Shown here piece by piece: positions 37,501 through 46,618 of a stretch of DNA of 64,000 bases. This DNA is from a virus. The stretch's first letter is position 1, and each line of letters begins with the position of its first letter. The notes under the pieces are model-generated. The model searched no databases. It was not told the origin of the DNA and saw only the letters and a program-made list of their open reading frames with translations. The stretch spans positions 4,559 to 68,558 of IMG/VR virus record IMGVR_UViG_3300049027_000047; one strand, 5' to 3'. A program made the position numbers and the translations under genes.

Positions 37501-40500
37501 TGGACAGCTTTGTCAAAGCCCTCCGCTCCCTTAGAGAGGGCGCTGATGCCAACCTTAAACCCATTCTGGACCGTCTCATTGCCCGTGCTGAACAGCGGGC
37601 CAACGAGATCAAGTCAGCATCAAAGACGGATACAAAACCCTCCACAACCCAGACATTTGCGCCGGGTCTATCACAGGAGCAGCGTGCGGAATTTGTCAAA
37701 ACCGTTGGAGAGGCTGCGAGATCCGTTCCCGAGCAATCACGATGGGGTGATGACAAGGTGTTCATCTCAGACCTGTACAAGGAGTGGTCTAAATCCCATC
37801 CCGAATCTACCTTGGAAGACTTCAAGGAGATGCTGACGGAGGCCCGTGGAGAGGTCCAGCTTGGTCGTCTTGACTTGGTTGAGTCCCTCAAGCCTGAGCA
37901 ACGTCAAAAGATGAATGAGTCCATGATTCACTACATGGATGAACAATGGAGCCTGTTGAGGATTCCAACCCAGAAAGCGGCCCCCAGTGCTGAGACGGTT
38001 GAGGAAAGAGCAGCACCTGTCAAAAAGCCCGTACTCAGGGAAGCCCCTGAAGGACTGACTTTCCCAAAGATTCCCACCCAGCAGTCAACCGTAAAACCAA
38101 CAGGCCCACCCAAAGCTCCTGTCCCGGTTCAGCAAGAGGCTACGCAAGAACCAGAAATAACCTCTCTCAAACGTGCTGTAGTAGATGCAGAGAGAGTTTC
38201 CCGTGGTGCTGAGGCCATCCCCACCCCTAAACGTCGCGGGTGGTCGCAGGCAGACCTTGAGGCTGAGGCGCAAGTCAAAGCCAACCCAAAGGCAGGACAA
38301 GAACTGCTGGCAAAGCTTCAGGCCAATCCACGTGCTCTGTCCGACACGGAGAACTCCCTTCTCTTGTTCTACAAGGTGGATGTGCGTAATGCCATCGACA
38401 ACGCCTCCAAAGCAGTCAATGAAGCAACCTCAGAGACAGACAAGGCTGACGCTCAAGCTGTCCTTGACCAACTTCTCAACGAGTACAACAACATTGATAT
38501 CTTCAGCCGTCTTGCAGGAACGGAGGCTGGACGGTCTCTCAACGCCCGCAAGATGGAGCGGGAACTCCTCAAGCGGGACATTAGCCTTGCATCCCTCCTC
38601 CAACAGTACCGCAATGCCAAAGGAGAGTCTCTTACAGAGACTGAGCGCAAGGAGGTGGAGAAGAATGCCGAATCCCTTCAGAAGGCGCAGGAGAAGGTTG
38701 ATAAAGCCAAGGCTGACAAAGAGACTCAGAAGTCCAAGCCTGTAGAACGACAGATTGCCAAGGACACCTTAAAGCAGGTCCGGGAAGAACGCGCCTCCGT
38801 GAAAGGCGGTGTAAAGAAGCGCCTCGCTGAGAAAGCCAAGGGGGCCAGGGAATGGCGCAAGGCGAATCCTTCTCCTGTTGCTGAGCTGGGTCAGGCCGAT
38901 GTACCGGAAGCTGTTGAGCCAGTTAAACAAGCAGCCCTAGAAGCCCTGGAGCCGCCGTCACGTCCAGTTCCTAAAATCACCCTGAAAGCTCCCACTGCTG
39001 AGCAGCAAGCTCGCATGGAGATGATGGACAAGGCCAGGAAATCTGGCCCGGTGAGAGCTATTGCCAAGGAGGCAAAACCTTCAAAAAAGGTCACTGTTGC
39101 AGAGTTACGAGACAGTGTGCGAGGGACCTATCCTGCTCTGAACAAGGCGGCTGGCTCTGAGGTGGTGGACGAGTATTCCGAGCAGGCGTTTGCCTATGAA
39201 GGCGATGCCATGGCATTGGCTAGAACCTTGGGTAACTTTGATGTCGCAGTTCTGGACGGTCCTTGGAACAATTTCGCCAAAACAATAGGTCTTCCTCACA
39301 ATGAGGTCTTCAGACATCTTTCCAACCTGCTCAACCAGGTTGATTCAGGGACTCCTCGTGGAGTTGTTGCAGAAGATCTAGACCGGGTGATTGCCCGAAT
39401 TCCTGAATTCGTCAAGGCGCTACGCAGTCTCTCCAAAGAACAGCTGGATACCCTTAAGAGCCTTGGTAGCACCGTCGATTACAAGGCTGCCGCTGATGTT
39501 TACGAGACCGTTGCTCCCGAGGTGTTTAACTCCTTCAGGGACTACATCCTGACTGAACCTGAACAGGGCCTGAGCGCTCCAAGTTCACTCACTGATAGCA
39601 ACATGCCTCCTGGAGCTGCATCCATGAGAGGGAAAAGCATGTCTCAAACCTCTAAGGAAGTTGGAAAATACAAATCGCAAGCCTGGGAGAAGGCGAAAGT
39701 GGATGCAACCAAGGGGCTTAAAGGGTCCAAACTTGCCAAGGCCAACAAGGCGATTAGCTACTTAGAAAAGGCGCTGGATAAATATCAGCACCTTTTTGTA
39801 AAAGGCGTGCGCCTGTCTGATCCTTCTGTTGGATCTGATGCCGAACACATTGCTGATGGAACTCCAATGTGGCCGGGAGAGTACTCGGGGAAAACCGATC
39901 TTGTCATTGATATTCCGAATTTTTTAAATGCATTTGCAGAAAAGCCTAATGCAAAGACAATTCAAACCCAGGTCGAAGAGGAAATCGTCCATCGCGGCGT
40001 GATGGCGGTAATTTCTCCAGAGGAGGCCGCAAGATTGTGGGAAAATCTCCCGAAAGGGATTCAGGAGCGTGTCCACAGGACCTATCACTTTCGCAACATT
40101 CTTTCTGGAAATTTGGCGGCTGATCTTGCTCCAGATTTGACGGAAAACCAAAAATCCAACTATGCGCACGAGTTTCTCAGAGCACTGATTTCTGACAAAG
40201 TATTTCGTGGGAGAGTCACTGAGTCTGTTTTAAGCAAGGACCTTCCACTCGCCAGGAAGGTGATGCTGTATCTTCAGAAATATGTAGAGCGGCTTCGTGA
40301 AATGCTCTCTACAGCTCCAAAAGCTGTTCAGCAGGAGATTCGACTTTATGAGGATCTGGTGTCCCGCGCCTTGAGAGACATGCAGAAAGGCATTCCGCGT
40401 CTTGGTGGATTGCGCTTCTCTTCTAAAACGCCTGGAGCGCCTTCTGTCGCAGGCAATGTATTCTACCGTGCTGGAGATGCTGATGAGGTTGGCATCAAGC

Positions 40501-43500
40501 CTTGGTCTTCATGGACTCGTAAAAAAAAGACCGCTGAAGCTTACCAGGACAATCCTGGATTCGGCGGTCCAGTGATACGTTCAGAATCGTTGCCAAGTGA
40601 TCTAAACATCTATGAACTAGATCGCCCTTCAAGACGCGTCTTTGGGGACATGGCAGAAGCTATTGGCCTAGATAGAGAGACCGGGGAAGATTGGTTTGAT
40701 TCTGGATACCAATACCCATGGGAAGAATCGTCAAATGCAAGGAAGGCCTTCGAGGAGTCGGAATTTGATGCCATTGAGTACACAGATGACTTTCCTGCTG
40801 GAGCAAGAACCATTGTTTTCACTCGACCAGTATCCTCATCCCCAGTTGAGGAAGGTCTCTCAGCGCCTTCAGCCATCAACGCACATGCCGAAGCACTAGC
40901 AACTATCGGCGCTGAGTACATCGAGAACGGAGCAACCACCCTCCCAAAGTACACCAAAGAACTGGTGAAGGAGTTTGGAGAATCTGTCCGTCCACAGGCC
41001 CAGATGCTCTTTGAACGGTCCAAGGAGATTCGTGAAGAGACCCAAAAAGAAATCGCTGCTGAAGAAGAGGCGATCAAGAACTCCTCTGATCCCGCCAAGG
41101 TGCTGGAAGCTGGGAAAAAGCGGCTAGAAGACCAGCCGTCTGACAAGGTGAACAAGAAACTGGCGGCGGACATCTACAGGGCCTACATCCGTTCCAAACC
41201 CTCCATGAAACCGGAGGATATCGTAGCCAGTGTAACCAAGGATATTCATGGGATCTACCCCAATGCCACGGAGAGCGATGTCCGTGTTGCTCTGACAGAC
41301 TACGGGAAGGCCAAGTGGCCCAGCAAAGACGCTCTGAAAGCCAGAGAGGCTGAGGATCGGAGGATCATCCGGTTGATTGAGTCTATCGAGAGGACCAAGA
41401 GAGGAGATAAACCACTTAAATCAGGTCTCCAGCGCAGCAAGCCCACCGCAAGGGAGCGCGAGCTGACCAAGGAGTTGAAGGACCTGATGCGTGACAACAA
41501 GGTTGAGACCACCTCTGAGGCTCAGCTGACCTCTTCACGGAAAGCCATTGTCAACCGCCTCAAAAACCAGATTGAGGAGTTGAATAGGATCATTGAAGGT
41601 AAGGCCAAGCCTGGAAAGGACCGTCAGACCGTCGAATACGACCAGGAAATCAACGACCTCATCAAAGAGCGAAATGACCTCAAGGCGTATGTCGATGATC
41701 TGACTGGACCCTCTCCATCTGGGAAGTGGAACCAACAGGCCCAGCGTGCTGCAAAGGCTATGGCAGAGTATTACCGCCGTAGAATTCAGCAGAACGACCT
41801 TCGCAGCAAGGTTTCCCCGTCATTTAAGGCTACCGAAGAGACTGATAAACTCAAACAGGAGGCATTGGATGCCAAGGCTGAGTTTGACACCCTTCGAGAT
41901 GCTGCTGGGATCACCCAGGAGGAGCAACTGGCCTTGCAGAAAGCTGCTCTGGAGAAGAAGGTAGCTGAACTGGAGAAACAGATCCAGACTGGTCAGAATC
42001 CCCCAGAAGGCAAGAAGAGGGCCAAGTTCTCTGAACTGGAACCACTTAAACAACAACTCAAGAGCCTTCGTTCCACCATCAAACTTCTGGAAGGCAAAAC
42101 CCCAGAGACTGCAAGGGCCAAAGCTGCTACCAAGGCCATCCAGAAGTCCATCGACGAACTGCAACGCAGGATCGCCCAGAAAGACACCTCCAAGCCTGAA
42201 AAGAGGACTCCCGTGGACAACGAGGAGCTTCGAGCACTGCGTCATGAGCGTGACTTCTGGAAGGAAATCTATGATGGAGTCAAAGAGGCTGAAAACCCAC
42301 GCAGACTCCCTGAAGAGATTGCCTTGGACAACCTCAAGCGCAGGATCGAGAAGAAGCGTTATGAGGCTGAGAAGGGCATCAAGAATCAGGAGTATCTTGC
42401 TGTGCCTCCCGTGAATCCAATGTTTGAGCAGAGGGTGAAGACCGCTCTGTTTGAGCAGGATCAGGCCCGTAAGGAGTGGAACAACTGGCTTCTGGAGAGA
42501 AAGCTTGCAAGCAGAGGCAAGGGAGCCAAGGCTCTGGACTTTGTTGGTGAGATGCTCAACCTGTCCCGTGGCATCATGACCTCCATAGACATGAGCGCCG
42601 TGTTGCGACAGGGAGGTTTCCTTGTGGGGGCAGACCCAAGGGATCTAGCTAAAAGCTTCGAACCTATGATCAAGGCTTTCTTCCACGAACAGGCCCAGTT
42701 TGAAGCCATGGAGGCTATCAAAAATGACCCCGATTACGCTGCATCACAAAGGGCGCAAGTCTTCCTCTCAGACATGAATGACTCCGATCTATCCAAGATC
42801 GAGGAGGCGTTTTTCAGCCGCTGGTTGAAGTATGTAAAGGGATGGAAAGGGGCTGCGCTTGGTGCCGTCATCGGAGGGGCCACGTTTGGACCTGTCGGAG
42901 CTATTGTAGGGGCTGGGATTGGCGGTTCTGGAGCCATTCAAGGCTCTCAGCGTGCGTACACTACCTTCCTGAACGTCCTTCGCTTTACTCGGTTCAAGGC
43001 TATGAAAAACGCCTTGGAAGCCAATGGTCCAGAACTGACCTTGGAGGAAGGGCGTCAGCTCGGAAAGTTCATCAACATGGCGACCGGAAGAGGTTCTTAC
43101 GGGTTGAGCGAGAAGAATGCCGCGAACCCATTACTATCAACGATTTTCTTTGCTCCCCGGTTGGTGGCATCGCGGTTCAATCTCCTGTTCGGCCAACCGC
43201 TCTACGGCGGCACAATGCGGACAAGGAAGGCGATTGCCAAACAGTATGCCGGATTCCTTGCGTCAACTACGCTGGCCCTCGGCCTATTAGCTCTGATGCG
43301 ACCGCCAGAGGATGATGATAAGAAGTTCATTGAGTTTGATCCACGGTCTGCCGACTTCCTCAAGGCCCGGTTTGGGAACACCCGTCTTGATATTTTTGGT
43401 GGTCTCCTGCAAGTGACTGTACTTCTTAGCCGTCTTTTCACAGGAGAGACCAAGACAATAGCAGGCAACGAAGTTGCTTTGAGGGACACGTTCAGGCCGT

Positions 43501-43817
43501 TGGAATATCTACGCGAAAAGATGGGCAAGGAACTCTTGGGAGACAAGCCCCGCATTGGTGGTGGAGGTCTCGATGTGATCGGGCGCTTTCTACGTAGCAA
43601 GCTCAGCCCCATTGCAGGATCTCTATCCAACATAATGGATGGCAAGGATTTCAACAATGAGCCTACATCTGTGCAGAAAGAGCTTGAGAAGATGCTGGTC
43701 CCCATGAGCGCCAACAGCATCTTGGAGGCCATGGTGGACCAAGGAATCCCCAGAGGAACAGCCCTTAGTATTCTCGCATGGTTCGGGGCTGGACTACAAA
43801 CCTACGAGCCCAAATAA
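34593..43817 (+). CDS. giant (3074 aa) polyvalent internal virion protein
   Basis: ejection-protein position; two degenerate zincin-like EExxH...HEF modules, ART-like YRAG/SSWT module, coiled coils, hydrophobic C-terminal region. Confidence 0.75.
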   Translation: MATNILPPDIDEITGSEDWKTFTPDQRNALVDDWAVQARNAQDWSPDELKALDESVDYFRANALETFGEQAKRIVKEGAVGAVKSLAALPLAVPKLGFQTGKLTGYGQDPNVSSRELVEAAPEIAKMGVAGEQTIQGLDTLRRQYDPFTDTDEEWEGEFDSLRQDVLDRKLPEDPDKLYDYLKKKAFKIAQQNAKFYGGEADDYMPQEFQGGNDEEIFKNYFNQALTGKRPEGFIEFRDDTVPQQGLVTKNQSRSLITSPENLGLLMKFSATRNPMYFEALKQRLGRSRERQVSDAVMEYIEDRRGEGDFFDDAAQTIFSVGGQFPEAGKAMEEEVKALASSPVDMASTVFSFGLGKQAVRQAVERNLLKSAGSVAAGVGTEFLEGALSGVADTSIPDPKNILEQGLMEAVGGGVIQGAGASVAALREAANRSAIPLDESTPVETVDSAQPLLTPEEQVEIVPLSPEVEETLAQADVVDQASSPLTAEVLREEADALYQEETSPIEEPVEPAVTEQALEEGAVDLASMTQEEYADYLAENGTPEGVSMYDALTARPDQRGFTAAQRVEAYQKNKDASKAFTQRMVDLWEALRRTPIDGILARGADSGWTNFEVGQDTHQARTDRYKSYATLRDPLALSQEQAVGFLEALRDAGYNGQVKFPGMGTRALLGFDNVVMHGASQQDAALGEQVARQFFGGDLTATQFGVDRGGKSHSQSLAEQTEAKRKANEGAKSNDPTGAGTTSNASQAEVSQPAPQGTQPTGGAKAATQARPVNLSQQNPLLEADPVGRLASQIEQAEAAEVDPAEKSKLTAFRDQLPAILDRYRNLFEGVMFTRLRSGGGVTTGELTDTLRIDPQRLLENIMAAPTTEDSIVAFETMMDEEFRHRVTLELDRTNPEFKTDLQALWDNLPEDVKTASAELYFKETGARYNSDWQAKHEFFRQYWQDADIRRLTEASLKEGGRFEFLQRLLDSFVKALRSLREGADANLKPILDRLIARAEQRANEIKSASKTDTKPSTTQTFAPGLSQEQRAEFVKTVGEAARSVPEQSRWGDDKVFISDLYKEWSKSHPESTLEDFKEMLTEARGEVQLGRLDLVESLKPEQRQKMNESMIHYMDEQWSLLRIPTQKAAPSAETVEERAAPVKKPVLREAPEGLTFPKIPTQQSTVKPTGPPKAPVPVQQEATQEPEITSLKRAVVDAERVSRGAEAIPTPKRRGWSQADLEAEAQVKANPKAGQELLAKLQANPRALSDTENSLLLFYKVDVRNAIDNASKAVNEATSETDKADAQAVLDQLLNEYNNIDIFSRLAGTEAGRSLNARKMERELLKRDISLASLLQQYRNAKGESLTETERKEVEKNAESLQKAQEKVDKAKADKETQKSKPVERQIAKDTLKQVREERASVKGGVKKRLAEKAKGAREWRKANPSPVAELGQADVPEAVEPVKQAALEALEPPSRPVPKITLKAPTAEQQARMEMMDKARKSGPVRAIAKEAKPSKKVTVAELRDSVRGTYPALNKAAGSEVVDEYSEQAFAYEGDAMALARTLGNFDVAVLDGPWNNFAKTIGLPHNEVFRHLSNLLNQVDSGTPRGVVAEDLDRVIARIPEFVKALRSLSKEQLDTLKSLGSTVDYKAAADVYETVAPEVFNSFRDYILTEPEQGLSAPSSLTDSNMPPGAASMRGKSMSQTSKEVGKYKSQAWEKAKVDATKGLKGSKLAKANKAISYLEKALDKYQHLFVKGVRLSDPSVGSDAEHIADGTPMWPGEYSGKTDLVIDIPNFLNAFAEKPNAKTIQTQVEEEIVHRGVMAVISPEEAARLWENLPKGIQERVHRTYHFRNILSGNLAADLAPDLTENQKSNYAHEFLRALISDKVFRGRVTESVLSKDLPLARKVMLYLQKYVERLREMLSTAPKAVQQEIRLYEDLVSRALRDMQKGIPRLGGLRFSSKTPGAPSVAGNVFYRAGDADEVGIKPWSSWTRKKKTAEAYQDNPGFGGPVIRSESLPSDLNIYELDRPSRRVFGDMAEAIGLDRETGEDWFDSGYQYPWEESSNARKAFEESEFDAIEYTDDFPAGARTIVFTRPVSSSPVEEGLSAPSAINAHAEALATIGAEYIENGATTLPKYTKELVKEFGESVRPQAQMLFERSKEIREETQKEIAAEEEAIKNSSDPAKVLEAGKKRLEDQPSDKVNKKLAADIYRAYIRSKPSMKPEDIVASVTKDIHGIYPNATESDVRVALTDYGKAKWPSKDALKAREAEDRRIIRLIESIERTKRGDKPLKSGLQRSKPTARERELTKELKDLMRDNKVETTSEAQLTSSRKAIVNRLKNQIEELNRIIEGKAKPGKDRQTVEYDQEINDLIKERNDLKAYVDDLTGPSPSGKWNQQAQRAAKAMAEYYRRRIQQNDLRSKVSPSFKATEETDKLKQEALDAKAEFDTLRDAAGITQEEQLALQKAALEKKVAELEKQIQTGQNPPEGKKRAKFSELEPLKQQLKSLRSTIKLLEGKTPETARAKAATKAIQKSIDELQRRIAQKDTSKPEKRTPVDNEELRALRHERDFWKEIYDGVKEAENPRRLPEEIALDNLKRRIEKKRYEAEKGIKNQEYLAVPPVNPMFEQRVKTALFEQDQARKEWNNWLLERKLASRGKGAKALDFVGEMLNLSRGIMTSIDMSAVLRQGGFLVGADPRDLAKSFEPMIKAFFHEQAQFEAMEAIKNDPDYAASQRAQVFLSDMNDSDLSKIEEAFFSRWLKYVKGWKGAALGAVIGGATFGPVGAIVGAGIGGSGAIQGSQRAYTTFLNVLRFTRFKAMKNALEANGPELTLEEGRQLGKFINMATGRGSYGLSEKNAANPLLSTIFFAPRLVASRFNLLFGQPLYGGTMRTRKAIAKQYAGFLASTTLALGLLALMRPPEDDDKKFIEFDPRSADFLKARFGNTRLDIFGGLLQVTVLLSRLFTGETKTIAGNEVALRDTFRPLEYLREKMGKELLGDKPRIGGGGLDVIGRFLRSKLSPIAGSLSNIMDGKDFNNEPTSVQKELEKMLVPMSANSILEAMVDQGIPRGTALSILAWFGAGLQTYEPK
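36914..36927. repeat. dispersed palindrome copy 12 TCTGTCACAACAGA
   Basis: in an interdomain linker of the giant CDS. Confidence 0.9.
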
Positions 43818-43819
43818 GC

Positions 43820-44374
43820 ATGTTGATCCCCAAGGTCTTCAACACTACTCCCCAGGGAGGATGGGTTTACGTCTCAGAGTTCTCTGGGATGAGGCATGGC
43901 CCATTCTACTCCTACGACCAACTCCTGGATTCCGTCAAGAAACACCGTCAGGCCAACGGAATCTCCACTCCTCTGGGATGGGAATATGATTTGTGGAATG
44001 ACTACTGCACCCAGCAGCACGCTGACTGCAAGGAGAACAATGAAGTCCATGAAGACCAGCTAGTCACCCAGATTGGACGGGCGTTGTGGGTGGAATTGCA
44101 CGAGTACACACAGAACTACCCAGATTCTCCTACAGAATCAGATCAGAAGTACGCTGGAGAGTGGCTGGGTCATTGGATCAACAGGATTCCACGGTTCTCA
44201 AAGTGTGGATGCAGGTCCAGCTTTGACAAATGGTACTCGGTTTACCCTGCGCCATTCAGTTCAGGGGCAGAGTTCAGGCGCTGGGCTGTCATCATCCATG
44301 ACAGGGTGAACCAAAAGCTGGGGAGACCGCTTTATGACGAAGGCAGCCGCACCCACCCGATATTTCAGGTCTAA
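43820..44374 (+). CDS. Erv1/Alr-family FAD sulfhydryl oxidase with N-terminal TPxGGWxY domain
   Basis: IGRALWVELH...YPDSPT...KCGC...WAVIIHDRVNQKLGRPLYD matches the Erv/ALR pattern GxxxWxxLH, YPxxPT, redox Cys pair, WxxxxHNxVNxKLGKP. Confidence 0.8.
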   Translation: MLIPKVFNTTPQGGWVYVSEFSGMRHGPFYSYDQLLDSVKKHRQANGISTPLGWEYDLWNDYCTQQHADCKENNEVHEDQLVTQIGRALWVELHEYTQNYPDSPTESDQKYAGEWLGHWINRIPRFSKCGCRSSFDKWYSVYPAPFSSGAEFRRWAVIIHDRVNQKLGRPLYDEGSRTHPIFQV

Positions 44375-44433
44375 ATTTCCATTGCGCCACGTCCTCACTT
44401 GAGCCATGATGTTGCCAAGCCTTTCCAAAGCAT

Positions 44434-44474
44434 GGCTCCGTTTCCGGCTCGCGCTGGGACGGGGCCACTTTTTT
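44434..44474 (+). terminator. intrinsic terminator at the convergence with terL
   Basis: GGCTCCGTTTCCGGC-TCGC-GCTGGGACGGGGCC followed by T-run. Confidence 0.6.
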
Positions 44475-46530
44475 AACCAGACCCGTATGTGAAGGTCTGA
44501 CCGAAGAAAGTGTCCACCTCCTGCATCTTGCGGGACCATGCTGCCCATGGGCTCTCTGCTGGAGCACCGTTTTGTGTTGCTTTGACAAGAGATGTCTCTT
44601 TGGAGGACAGATCAAACCTCTTTCTGGCGGCAAAAATGCAGAGGAATAAACTGTCTGCACGATCTGGACTCTTCCCAGTGATTTTCTTCATCTCCTCTTT
44701 GGGTTGAACCCGGATCTTTCCATTGCGCGTCTCGTAGGTTCTTGCGATCATCTGGGTGATGGTGTCTGCATCCAGACCCCTGATCTGTCCATTGCGCATC
44801 AACTCCTTCCCGACGTGCCAAAGTTCTGCCACCATCCGGTCGTAAATCTCGTTTGATGGTCTCTTGTCCGTGTTGGAAGCAGGCATGTCGCTAGGCTTCC
44901 CGCCAAATTCCACTGCCAGCCAGCCGTCTCCAATCTCCCGGCGCAGCAGAGAACCGAAGGAGGCCGCTCCAGACACGTCCACAGCCCCATTAATGACCTT
45001 GAGCTGCTTCTTCGCCAACAACTCCTTCACCTTGGCGGCAACCTGTTCGTCCTTTGGGAGTGGATTGTTCACATCCACATCAATCCTGATGGTTTCTTTA
45101 CGCTCGAAGGTCTTGTAGCCAGTGGCCGAATCGTTCCCTACGTGACCAATGGTGAAAATAGCATCATCTCCTCCATGTTTAAAGGAAGGATCAAGGCTCC
45201 AGCACTGGTCAAATCCACTTCTCCAGTTCCACCCCTGACCTACTGGCCTGTCAGCGCCATAAGTGACAATCTCACTCTCCGTGTAGATGCTCTCAATGGA
45301 ACCTGTAGGGCACCAGAAACCCCGGTACATCTGGTAGAACCCAGGAGAATTCTCACCCAGGGCTATTTTGGCATCTTCGTAATCCTGATACTCAAGAAGT
45401 CCCTTGTAGATGTTCTTTCTGGCCAGCACGTTGGGACTGGTTCTGGCATCAAACCGTATCACAAACGCTTTTTTACCCTCCCACTCAAACAAGGACTCGT
45501 TGACCGATGACCAGCCATCCTTGGGCTCGCACATTTTCCCAAGAGGATCATAGAAGCTGGTTGGGTTTCCTATCCCCACCATCTGAAAGAAGTGGTTGTT
45601 GCGCAAGTTGCTCTCTGCTGAGGAGAGCAGGTTGTCGGAAAGGTCCGTCATTTCATCGCAAATGAAGAAGAACCGTGGTCGCTTGAACCCTTTGATCTTG
45701 TTCCAAGACTTGGCGGCTTCACTTTTATCGCCTGCAACAAGAGTCATCCCAGCCTTGTCAGTGGAATCACTGCCGATCACGCAACGGATTGTTCCATCAG
45801 AAGACACCAGTTTCCCCGGGACATCCCCGCCGTAAGCGTCTGCGGCAGCACCCCAGAACTCCTCCACATCCCCCCAGATTCGACCGCGGGAATCCTTGAG
45901 TGAAGTGGAGGTGATTAAAACTTTGGTGTTGATGGGAAAACAGAGGTAATTCCATACCCCCCATGCTGCTGGAACGTAGGTCTTCCCCCCGGAAGCGTGA
46001 CCGCCTATGGCAAGGAACTGCTTCTCACATAAGGCTTTAAGCATCCTCTCTGTGTAGGGGCTGAAGACAACAGGTTTTCTGGTGTTGATGCCCCAGATCA
46101 TCTCCATCCCCCGTTTACAATGCTCGTACTTGCTGATGGCCCCAGGAACCCAGATTTGGTATTCCTTCTGGGTGCGCATGTTCATTTGAGGGTTGAAGCT
46201 CAAATAGCACTGCATCTCGATCTCCACATCCAGCATGGCCCTGATGGGGACCAGTTCCACTTTCCCGCTCTTGGCTTTCCTCTCAATGCAATGAGAACCC
46301 CATCTCCTCCCGTACTTGAACCGCTCAAACTTGCCGAGGGGCTTCCTCTTCAACTGCTCTGATCCCCAATCCTCCAAAAGAGTGTCATAGGCCAGACCCA
46401 GTTCTACATCCTCAATCTCCTTGAGATTGGGGACGCCCAGTTTCTTGAAGGAAGCGACTGCTGAATCCTTGAAGCCCTCTTTGACGATGACCTGGATCAG
46501 CCCTTTTACGTCGTCTCGGGTGCGTTCCAT
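44473..46530 (-). CDS. terL: terminase large subunit
   Basis: Walker A GGHASGGKT, Walker B FICDE, GIGNP, nuclease SLDPS/GGDD and SPDRADS; own promoter TTGCTC-17-CAATAT. Confidence 0.9.
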   Translation of the reverse strand: MERTRDDVKGLIQVIVKEGFKDSAVASFKKLGVPNLKEIEDVELGLAYDTLLEDWGSEQLKRKPLGKFERFKYGRRWGSHCIERKAKSGKVELVPIRAMLDVEIEMQCYLSFNPQMNMRTQKEYQIWVPGAISKYEHCKRGMEMIWGINTRKPVVFSPYTERMLKALCEKQFLAIGGHASGGKTYVPAAWGVWNYLCFPINTKVLITSTSLKDSRGRIWGDVEEFWGAAADAYGGDVPGKLVSSDGTIRCVIGSDSTDKAGMTLVAGDKSEAAKSWNKIKGFKRPRFFFICDEMTDLSDNLLSSAESNLRNNHFFQMVGIGNPTSFYDPLGKMCEPKDGWSSVNESLFEWEGKKAFVIRFDARTSPNVLARKNIYKGLLEYQDYEDAKIALGENSPGFYQMYRGFWCPTGSIESIYTESEIVTYGADRPVGQGWNWRSGFDQCWSLDPSFKHGGDDAIFTIGHVGNDSATGYKTFERKETIRIDVDVNNPLPKDEQVAAKVKELLAKKQLKVINGAVDVSGAASFGSLLRREIGDGWLAVEFGGKPSDMPASNTDKRPSNEIYDRMVAELWHVGKELMRNGQIRGLDADTITQMIARTYETRNGKIRVQPKEEMKKITGKSPDRADSLFLCIFAARKRFDLSSKETSLVKATQNGAPAESPWAAWSRKMQEVDTFFGQTFTYGSG

Positions 46531-46618
46531 GCTAGAAACACCCATATTGCCATCTTCCTTGGCGCAGAGCAACGGCTAAAAGTCTTGAACTTCCACGCTT
46601 TTACGCCACAATGGCCGC

